Shown piece by piece: positions 30,230 through 37,015 of a stretch of DNA of 64,000 bases. Source of the stretch: Candidatus Saccharimonadota bacterium (GTDB taxonomy: Bacteria > Patescibacteriota > Saccharimonadia > Saccharimonadales > Saccharimonadaceae); NCBI GenBank assembly GCA_027492255.1, contig JAPUFB010000003.1:13889-77888 (forward strand), written 5' to 3'. Both the position numbers and the translations under genes were made by a program. Position 1 is the stretch's first letter; every line of letters begins with the position of its first letter. The notes under the pieces are model-generated. The model ran no database searches and was not told the origin of the DNA. It saw nothing but the letters and a program-made list of their open reading frames with translations.

Positions 30230-30967
30230 CTAGGCTGTTTTGTTGGGTTCAGTAGCATCTTTGAGACTATAGTGGTCAAGAACTTGCCTAATGTTATCCG
30301 CTAGTTGCAAGGGGCTTACGTTGACGAAAACTTTAAGTGGATGGTTGTCTGGCAAATTGACGAAATAGTCCTCACGACGTTCAACATCCCAGTGTTGGAT
30401 TGAGGTGCGTAGTTTATTGACCTCGTTAACTTTTTCCATAAGTTCGGTGTTGTAGATACTGGGCTTGCCTGAAAGTTGAGATGCCAATTTAGTTATCTTT
30501 GTTACAAAGCCTTTAGCGGTAAACTCGGGAAATGTCAGCTCTTTGCCGTCAATCTCTACTTTTCTTTCCTTGTTTTTGCGTATATACAATTCGTACACCA
30601 TACTTTCAAGCGAAGAATATAAACCAAGCAATCCTAAAGAGAGTAACTGGATATAGGTGTAGAAAAGCTCCTCGTCAACTAGGTGGTAGCTAGCGTTTGT
30701 TGTTGCGGTCTTCAAAGCCCGTGATTTGATGGCTTCCGCTTTTTCTAAGTCTCTTTTTGACTGGAAAAAGATAAGCTCTGCCATACTTGGTAACGATAAC
30801 GATACTTGCTGACCAGCTATATCAACAAATGCAGAACCTCTTACTACCGACCCGACTGGATGCTCTATACCGTTAGGACCCTTAAACGGCTTAGTAGTTG
30901 TTGACTCAAAGAAAACACGTGGGTCACCGTATTTGATTGACCTATATTTTCTATTGTTATTAGCCAT
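30230..30967 (-). CDS. hypothetical protein with C-terminal Rx4H (HEPN-type) motif
   Basis: 245 aa; VNEVNKLRTSIQHWD carries R-x4-H in a helical C-terminal half. 6 nt downstream of the S51-like gene. Confidence 0.4.
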   Translation of the reverse strand: MANNNRKYRSIKYGDPRVFFESTTTKPFKGPNGIEHPVGSVVRGSAFVDIAGQQVSLSLPSMAELIFFQSKRDLEKAEAIKSRALKTATTNASYHLVDEELFYTYIQLLSLGLLGLYSSLESMVYELYIRKNKERKVEIDGKELTFPEFTAKGFVTKITKLASQLSGKPSIYNTELMEKVNEVNKLRTSIQHWDVERREDYFVNLPDNHPLKVFVNVSPLQLADNIRQVLDHYSLKDATEPNKTA

Positions 30968-30973
30968 ACAGCC

Positions 30974-31570
30974 CTACTGCTCAAAGACTTTATATTCGCC
31001 CTCTTCTAGAGCGTAAATTGGTAGCGACTTATCGCCATATTCTTCAAGTTCACGCTCCGCTTGCTCCCAGTCAATACTGCCACGTGGGTCATCGTCACCA
31101 AATGCTGAGTTGTAGTGGGGTATAAACTTGATTGGCAGTATCCCAAAACCATCACCGCACTGCCTCCAGTCGCAAGTCCAGTAGTGTGTAACTAACAGAT
31201 TGGAACTAGCCGAGTTAGTTGCAACGACTTTATCCTTGAATAACTCTACTAAATCAAACTGACGCATCCAGTACTGAATTAGGTGGTCATCTCCACCGTG
31301 GAAGTAGATAATATCAGCTTCGCTACATTGTGTAGTAAAAGTATCGGGCATTGCTAAAGCAAATGATGGGCTTACGGTATCTGGCAAGTCTTCTGATATA
31401 GCGTCCGAGTAGCCTTGAAACTTTGCCTCCCAATACTCCCTACCTTGTGCGAAATTACAGAGCAGAAACTTAGGACTATCGCCTAAGTCTTTGACAAGTT
31501 CTCTATGGAACTCTCGCTTGAGATTTGGTGCGTTTTTTATACCGCCAGAGTTAATAACATATTTCGTCAT
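30974..31570 (-). CDS. peptidase S51/type-1 glutamine-amidotransferase-like protein
   Basis: 198 aa. ADIIYFHGGDDHLI and VVATNSASSNLL correspond to the dipeptidase-E family blocks. 4-nt overlap with the upstream gene. Confidence 0.5.
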   Translation of the reverse strand: MTKYVINSGGIKNAPNLKREFHRELVKDLGDSPKFLLCNFAQGREYWEAKFQGYSDAISEDLPDTVSPSFALAMPDTFTTQCSEADIIYFHGGDDHLIQYWMRQFDLVELFKDKVVATNSASSNLLVTHYWTCDWRQCGDGFGILPIKFIPHYNSAFGDDDPRGSIDWEQAERELEEYGDKSLPIYALEEGEYKVFEQ

Positions 31571-32433
31571 CTGCTTACAAAGCTCCCTATGGTTTCTGCT
31601 AGGCTATCTTCAAATCCTTTAAATCCGTGCGAAGCACCGTCCACCACGGCTATCTTAGTATTGGCATTTTTGATAGCGTTAACACGCTCTAGCCATTTGT
31701 CCATAGAACCGTCAATCTGTGTAATACCAATATCCTCAGTACCATATGGTATAAGCATTGGTAGCTCAACTCTACCGAGAAGTGAACCGCCATCACGCTC
31801 ACCGTAAATGTCCGCAGAACTACCAGCTTCACAGATAGTAGGATAGGTTTGTGCTGAAATTGGTGTTTTATCGAGCCAGCACTGAGCATCTACAAGTTCT
31901 TCTCCCTTGCCTTCAGACAAGAGTTGTTTTGCTTTGGCTAAGTATTCAGCGTGCATCGGCTCTGTGTTTGCCCAGCCTGTCATATCAGTTGGTGCTAACA
32001 AGATGACTTTCTCAACGCCGTTAACATCTTCGTTAAGTACAAAGTTAACAACTTTGGTGCATCCTAAAGAGTGACCTTGTAATATGAGCCGTGTTTTTCC
32101 GAGTGACTTCAGGTAGTCGATTGCTCCACGGATATCGTGGGCACTCTCTTCAAAAATCTCAAAACAACTCCCAGCGTGCTTCCAGCCATCACCTTGTCGA
32201 AAATCGCTAATGATACCCCGACCACGACTGTCTATAGTGAATAGTGATACGTCGTACTCAGCGTACATTGCTCGTAGATTATCAAGAAAATAGTTCTCGT
32301 AGCCGTTGCCTGACATACCGTGAATGTGCACAACAGCAATATCACTTGCCTCGTTGTTGAGCCAGCCTTGCAATTCGACATCGTCAGATGCTTTAAAGCG
32401 GACAAAATCTACAGTGCTTTTTGAGTACTCCAT
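31567..32433 (-). CDS. alpha/beta-fold hydrolase
   Basis: 288 aa. HIHGMSGN oxyanion region, nucleophile elbow GHSLGC, C-terminal DGASHGF. Confidence 0.65.
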   Translation of the reverse strand: MEYSKSTVDFVRFKASDDVELQGWLNNEASDIAVVHIHGMSGNGYENYFLDNLRAMYAEYDVSLFTIDSRGRGIISDFRQGDGWKHAGSCFEIFEESAHDIRGAIDYLKSLGKTRLILQGHSLGCTKVVNFVLNEDVNGVEKVILLAPTDMTGWANTEPMHAEYLAKAKQLLSEGKGEELVDAQCWLDKTPISAQTYPTICEAGSSADIYGERDGGSLLGRVELPMLIPYGTEDIGITQIDGSMDKWLERVNAIKNANTKIAVVDGASHGFKGFEDSLAETIGSFVSR

Positions 32434-32500
32434 AATAAGCCTATTATATACTGTTTTATATGATAGACACCCGCAATCGCTGGTTGAACGAGGACGGCTT

Positions 32501-32585
32501 GGGTTTGTATTAGGGTTTGTATTAGGGTTAGACCCTAAACAGATTTGTATCAGGGTTTGTATCAGGGTTAGACCCTAAACAGATT
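32501..32585 (+). repeat. two tandem REP-like units: 12-nt direct repeats GGGTTTGTAT(T/C)A followed by hairpin (T)TAGGGT-tag-ACCCTAA(A)CAGATT
   Basis: Unit 1 is 32501-32545 and unit 2 is 32546-32585, immediately 5' of the Y1 transposase gene. Confidence 0.75.
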
Positions 32586-32617
32586 GGTTAGTTCGGATTT
32601 TGTGATATTCTAATAAC

Positions 32618-33208
32618 ATGCCATCTCGTAATACAGTTCGTCAGTACGATGCTCCAGCATATTATCATGTGTATAATCGCGGTGCGGGCGGAAGCTATAT
32701 TTTTAGAGATGCTCAGGATAAATATAAGTTCCTATCACTCGTACAACGCTATTTGAGTCACGACTCGCAATATGAAAAATATCCTACTTTCGATATCGAG
32801 CTTATTGCCTACTGTGTCATGGGAAACCATTTTCATTTGCTACTATTCCAGGAGCATGACCTTGAAGCAATCACGAAGCTCATGAGGTCGGTCTCGACTT
32901 CTTACTCAATGTATTACAACCTCAAGTACAGGTCTCATGGCCACGTGTTTCAAAGCGTGTTTAAAGCCGCTAGGATAACTAATGAATCATACCTTGCACA
33001 TATTACACGCTATATACACTTAAACCCCGAAACATACCTGACATACAAATGGTCAAGTTTACGCTACTACATGGGCGAGCAGCCGCCGGACTGGGTAAAT
33101 CCAGCAAGATTACTTGATATGACTTCCATACAATACAAGAAATTCCTAGAGGATTATGAGGATCGAAAGAAGCTCTTAAAAGAGGTTAAGGATCAGCTGG
33201 CACTATAG
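32618..33208 (+). CDS. IS200/IS605-family Y1 (HUH) transposase, RAYT-like
   Basis: 196 aa. VMGNHFHLLLFQ (HUH motif), RYIHLNPE (catalytic Tyr helix). TGaTATTCT lies 6 nt before the ATG. Hairpin GGGTC...GACCC (33214-33236) follows the stop. Confidence 0.75.
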   Translation: MPSRNTVRQYDAPAYYHVYNRGAGGSYIFRDAQDKYKFLSLVQRYLSHDSQYEKYPTFDIELIAYCVMGNHFHLLLFQEHDLEAITKLMRSVSTSYSMYYNLKYRSHGHVFQSVFKAARITNESYLAHITRYIHLNPETYLTYKWSSLRYYMGEQPPDWVNPARLLDMTSIQYKKFLEDYEDRKKLLKEVKDQLAL

Positions 33209-33260
33209 CCATGGGTCTAGGTAGCTTGACCCAGAAACCGACGCGTTCGCGTTCGGAGAG

Positions 33261-33324
33261 TCACATTTGGACTATTGTTTTCGTTGACGAGGTCCAGGGT
33301 TAGAGAATCAAATACATACCAAAG
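33261..33324. repeat. 65-nt repeat (copy B); its 20-nt box is a perfect inverted repeat of part of the adjacent tRNA-Gly
   Basis: 33286-33305 (gacgaggtccagggttagag) is the exact reverse complement of 33373-33392 inside the tRNA gene. Confidence 0.8.
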
Positions 33325-33355
33325 AAAAAACCGACCGAATGGTCGATTCTTTCTT

Positions 33356-33432
33356 TGGTGCGGGTACAGGGACTCTAACCCTGGACCTCGTCCTTGGCAA
33401 GGACGCGCTCTAAACAACTGAGCTACACCCGC
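33356..33432 (-). tRNA. tRNA-Gly (anticodon GCC) with non-canonical D-loop/T-loop
   Basis: Acceptor GCGGGTG/TACCCGC, anticodon stem CGTCC/GGACG, loop TTGCCAA, T-arm CAGGG-TTAGAGT-CCCTG. CCA is encoded; 77 nt. D-loop AGTTGTTTA (G18 U19) and T-loop A56 replace G19/C56. Confidence 0.8.
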
Positions 33433-33505
33433 ATGATGGTGTAAAAGTATAACCGGAAGGTACAATGTGTGCATCTATAGTTGCGTCCTTGGCCTGGCAA
33501 GGATC

Positions 33506-33594
33506 GGTCACCTTCGGCGACCCCCGAACTTCGCTATTGAAAACAAGTTTTCATCGGAAGATTCGTTTCCGAACTGCCACTGGCAGTTCTCACC
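33506..33594 (-). repeat. copy X2 of an unclassified ~85-90-nt hairpin-rich element (possible structured RNA or miniature mobile element)
   Basis: Minus sense: GGTGAGAACTGCCAGTGGCAGTTCGGAAACGAATCTTCCGATGAAAACTTGTTTTCAATAGCGAAGTTCGGGGGTCGCCGAAGGTGACC. Homologous to 47891-47977. Confidence 0.6.
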
Positions 33595-33617
33595 CTAAAC
33601 AACTGAGCTACACCCGC
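33595..33617 (-). repeat. duplicate of the first 23 nt of tRNA-Gly
   Basis: ctaaacaactgagctacacccgc is identical to 33410-33432. Confidence 0.8.
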
Positions 33618-33791
33618 GCGTCGAAATCGAGGCGTTTAACTCGTGATAGAAACAAGTTTCATCACTGCGTCTTATGCCATCGCTTTCTCCTTACAATCCT
33701 CAGTATAGCCTTCGGCGTACCTCGGATTGGGAAGAGCATTAATAGTATAGATAACAGAGACGATTTTGACAAGTACTACAGCCGAGAAGCA

Positions 33792-34166
33792 CTAGTGATT
33801 TTCAAGTTCGTGGATGCGGCCGTGATCAAGTCCATAATGATGCGCAATTTCATGCCAGAGCGTGCGTTTGATACGCTCAAATAGTGAGATTTCATCGTGC
33901 GAGAGAAGTAATATTGGTTTTTTGAATAGCGTGATCTTGTCGGGCAGTACGAGGTTATACCCTGCCCCGCGTTTCGTGAGCGGAATTCCTTCATAAAGAC
34001 CGAGCAATAACTGGTTTTCCCTCACCCCTTGTTTCAGGAGTTGTTCAGGAGATGGTTCATCGGCGTATGTAATCGCAACATTGTTAAGTCCTCGAATATA
34101 CTGCTGAGGTAATTCATCCATAGCTTTGCTTATGAGGACATCAAATAGTTCATCGGATATATCCAT
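33792..34166 (-). CDS. minimal zinc metallopeptidase family protein (DUF1025/zincin-like)
   Basis: 124 aa, HEIAHHYGLDH zinc motif at the C-terminus. N-terminal FDVLISKAMDELP...ITYADEPS is typical of the family. Confidence 0.65.
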   Translation of the reverse strand: MDISDELFDVLISKAMDELPQQYIRGLNNVAITYADEPSPEQLLKQGVRENQLLLGLYEGIPLTKRGAGYNLVLPDKITLFKKPILLLSHDEISLFERIKRTLWHEIAHHYGLDHGRIHELENH

Positions 34167-34235
34167 GCATCAAGTGTACACGAAGTTAAGGGCATGAAAA
34201 GTAAAACACCCTAGGCAAGCTAGAGTGTTTTACTT

Positions 34236-34260
34236 TGGTGGCTCCTCCCAGACTTGAACT
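34236..34260 (-). repeat. displaced copy of the 3' terminal 25 nt of tRNA-Phe
   Basis: tggtggctcctcccagacttgaact is identical to 34370-34394. Followed by its own terminator hairpin at 34201-34233. Confidence 0.8.
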
Positions 34261-34369
34261 AGAGGGACAGAGCCCTCAGCAAAAACCATCGCTCTTCAAG
34301 GCCACGCCTGAAGAGCCTTGTGAATAAGTACCAAAGAAAAAAGACCAGCTCTTACTGATCTTCATTCTT

Positions 34370-34445
34370 TGGTGGCTCCTCCCAGACTTGAACTGGGGAC
34401 ACAAGGCTCTTCAGGCCTCTGCTCTACCAACTGAGCTAAAGAGCC
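34370..34445 (-). tRNA. tRNA-Phe (anticodon GAA)
   Basis: Acceptor GGCTCTT/AGGAGCC, D-loop AGTTGGTA, anticodon loop CTGAAGA, T-loop TTCAAGT. CCA is encoded; 76 nt. TGaTATAAT (complement of 34469-34477) lies 24 nt upstream. Confidence 0.9.
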
Positions 34446-34516
34446 GCAATCAGTGATTTCGTTAACATATTATATCACGCAACCTCCTATAACATATCAT
34501 CTCATCTATGACTCAC

Positions 34517-34553
34517 TAAAAATCACCCCGGTACTTACCGAGGTGATTTTTTT
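34517..34553. terminator. bidirectional intrinsic terminator after the DUF378 gene
   Basis: AAAAATCACC-C-CGGTA-ct-TACCG-A-GGTGATTTTTTT. Confidence 0.65.
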
Positions 34554-34570
34554 ATTTTTCCTACAACTGT

Positions 34571-34783
34571 TTATACTTCAACTTCTTTTTTACTTGAGCG
34601 CATAGCCCAGTCGGCAAGCACCCACAGTGCTGCAAGTCCTACGACTGCGTACACGACTCGTGCAAGAGTTGATCCTGCACCGAAGATACTATCAACGAGA
34701 TTGTAGTCGAAGAATCCGACCAAACCCCAGTTAATACCTCCTATTACAACTAATACTAATGCTGTTGCGCCTAGAAACTTCAT
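34571..34783 (-). CDS. DUF378 family membrane protein
   Basis: 70 aa; GGINWGLVGFFDYNLVDSIFG...RVVYAVVGLAAL is the DUF378 signature. Confidence 0.75.
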   Translation of the reverse strand: MKFLGATALVLVVIGGINWGLVGFFDYNLVDSIFGAGSTLARVVYAVVGLAALWVLADWAMRSSKKEVEV

Positions 34784-34862
34784 GTTCAGACCCTCCTTAG
34801 TTAGTACGCTTAGTATAAGCTTAAGCTAACCGAAAAACAAGATACTAATAACAGAGGTCGCA

Positions 34863-35552
34863 CTATGAAATTGTTGTCCCGAACAAATGCCCCACAAGGA
34901 ATGTCGCCGCCATAGCGAGAACACCACCTATGACAACACGGAATATTGCTCGCGAACGTGAGGCGCCACCGACTGTCGCGCTATAATAACCTGTCAATGT
35001 AAGCGCGATTACCACTGCAACCAATGTGACCCAGATTCGCCAGTGCGCTGGTGCAAAAACCACACTAAGAAGTGGGATAAGCGCACCTGCAGTAAACGAC
35101 AACAGTGATGCTACTGCCGCATGCATAGGATTTGTCAGCTCATCTTCATCAAGCCCTAGCTCAGCCTGAAGATGCGCTCGTATTGGATCTTTTTCCGTCA
35201 ATTCGGTTGCAAACTGAAGGGCGGTCGCATGATTCACACCATTTTTGACAAATGTATTCGCAAGCTCTTCAAGTTGCTCGTGCGGATATTGTTTCAGAAG
35301 CTGTTTTTCTTTCTCGATATAGGCGCGTTCCGTATCGCGTTGCGTACTCACAGAAACATACTCACCAACACCCATCGACAATGCACCAGCTACAAGACCA
35401 GCGAGTCCTGCCATAAAAATTGTTCCACCATCGCTCGTAGCTCCAGCTACACCAAATATAAGACTCGCCGTGCTAACGATACCATCATTAGCACCAAGGA
35501 CTGCCGCACGCAATTTATTTAGCATTGCGCTGTTTGAACTCGTATCAGCCAC
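34863..35552 (-). CDS. VIT1/CCC1-family iron/manganese transporter
   Basis: LRAAVLGANDGIVSTASLIFGVAGA, central acidic helical domain, 5 TM segments. Confidence 0.75.
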   Translation of the reverse strand: MADTSSNSAMLNKLRAAVLGANDGIVSTASLIFGVAGATSDGGTIFMAGLAGLVAGALSMGVGEYVSVSTQRDTERAYIEKEKQLLKQYPHEQLEELANTFVKNGVNHATALQFATELTEKDPIRAHLQAELGLDEDELTNPMHAAVASLLSFTAGALIPLLSVVFAPAHWRIWVTLVAVVIALTLTGYYSATVGGASRSRAIFRVVIGGVLAMAATFLVGHLFGTTIS

Positions 35553-35555
35553 TGC

Positions 35556-35804
35556 TTATTTTCGCTCTACAATAATTTTACATTCAGTCACTAGCGCCGC
35601 AATTGCCCCAACCGCTGCAAGAACCGGTGCTAGCGCAATACCAACCACGCCGATCGTCAAAGGAAGTTCAATAAGCGTTTCATCTTTTGAGTTTTTTATG
35701 ATGACACGGCGAACATTACCTTCTGCGATAAGTTCTTTCACTTTTGCGATTAAACTTTCACCCGTAATAACAAACTCTTCTGTATTCTTTTTTTCTTCTG
35801 ACAT
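35556..35804 (-). CDS. DUF4342 family protein
   Basis: EEFVITGESLIAKVKELIAEGNVRRVIIKN...PLTIGVVGIALAPVLAAVGAIAALVTECKIIVER. Confidence 0.7.
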   Translation of the reverse strand: MSEEKKNTEEFVITGESLIAKVKELIAEGNVRRVIIKNSKDETLIELPLTIGVVGIALAPVLAAVGAIAALVTECKIIVERK

Positions 35805-36220
35805 TATTTTTCTCCTTGTGAGACACTAAGCCCCCAGATGTATGCAGCCATAACACCTACAAAGCCTACTGACATTAAAAATGTATACCAATCGTTTTGA
35901 GTAGAGACGAATCGTTCACCGCTCCCTAATGCAATAAGCATAAAGACTAGCCCTGTCCAGCCGGCAATTTTCCATGTGCGTTTTTGCTGTTTATGAGCGG
36001 ATATTACCAATGAAATCGCGCCTACTACAAGTAGTGCACCTAAGATGGCATGCAAGAATACCGACCACTGCGAAAAACTAAAGTCCCAAAGCTGGCTCGA
36101 AGAACTGTCTTCGGGGAATTTAACAAATAAGCCCGCCCAAACACCAAGCAAGAACTCAACGCCAAGCAACCCTAAAAGCCCTTCTGCGTGCTCTTTCAAG
36201 GTGCCATGTCTCATTGTCAT
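35804..36220 (-). CDS. small 4-TM membrane protein, unknown function
   Basis: 138-aa ORF sharing 1-nt stop/start overlaps with both neighbours. Confidence 0.5.
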   Translation of the reverse strand: MTMRHGTLKEHAEGLLGLLGVEFLLGVWAGLFVKFPEDSSSSQLWDFSFSQWSVFLHAILGALLVVGAISLVISAHKQQKRTWKIAGWTGLVFMLIALGSGERFVSTQNDWYTFLMSVGFVGVMAAYIWGLSVSQGEK

Positions 36221-36990
36221 TATTTTATCTCCTTCGCCATGAACTGCTTAACACTATCGACGGTGTCCATAAACTGTGACGGGAAGATAATTGTTGAATT
36301 CTTCTCTACGGCAATCTCTGTTAACACTTGTAGATTTCGGAGTTGCAATGCGATTGGATGCGAAGCGATAATATCTGCTGCTTCACCGAGTTTCGTTGCG
36401 CTCATCTGCTCACCTTCTGCGGCAATAATTTTCGCACGGCGTTCACGTTCAGCTTCAGCCTGCTTCGCCATCGCTCGTTTCATATCTTGCGGAAGTTCAA
36501 TGTTCTGTACTTTCACATTTTCAACATCGATACCCCATTTGTCGGTTTCGCTGTCGACGATCTCTTTAATCTTTTCAGAAATTGCCTCACGACTTGATAA
36601 TAACTCGTCGAGTTCGGCGCCACCTGTTACATCACGAAGCGCAGCTTGTGCGAACTGACTTGTTGCATATACGTAATTAGTTGTTTCAAGTACAGCTTTT
36701 GCCGGATCAACAACCCGCAAGTACACCACTGCATCCACGGCAGCGGTCACGTTGTCCTTAGTGATAACTTCCTGCTTTGGGACATCGATAGGCATACTAC
36801 GTACATCAACTTTGATCATCCGCTGGAAAATCGGCACGACAACCCGCAAACCTGGCGCTCGTATACCGGAAAACTTACCGAGGGTTAGTACGACGCCCCG
36901 CTCATATTGATTAACAATTTTAAGGCCACTCAAGATGAGAATTAGCACCGCTACTAGTACGGGCACTGTTAAACCTGCAAATATTTCCAT
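36220..36990 (-). CDS. SPFH/band-7 (stomatin-like) protein
   Basis: N-terminal TM, ERGVVLTLGKF, PxQEVITKDNV, Ala/Glu-rich coiled region AMAKQAEAERERRAKII. Confidence 0.85.
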   Translation of the reverse strand: MEIFAGLTVPVLVAVLILILSGLKIVNQYERGVVLTLGKFSGIRAPGLRVVVPIFQRMIKVDVRSMPIDVPKQEVITKDNVTAAVDAVVYLRVVDPAKAVLETTNYVYATSQFAQAALRDVTGGAELDELLSSREAISEKIKEIVDSETDKWGIDVENVKVQNIELPQDMKRAMAKQAEAERERRAKIIAAEGEQMSATKLGEAADIIASHPIALQLRNLQVLTEIAVEKNSTIIFPSQFMDTVDSVKQFMAKEIK

Positions 36991-37015
36991 ACATCCTCCT
37001 TAGGGGTTATGTTAT

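Noticed and set aside
32501-32585. Possible CRISPR array (short direct repeats)
   Set aside because: There are only two 40-45-nt units with no unique spacers between them, and the internal 12-nt repeats are contiguous. No cas genes are present. The position next to a Y1 transposase fits REP/IS-end hairpins instead.
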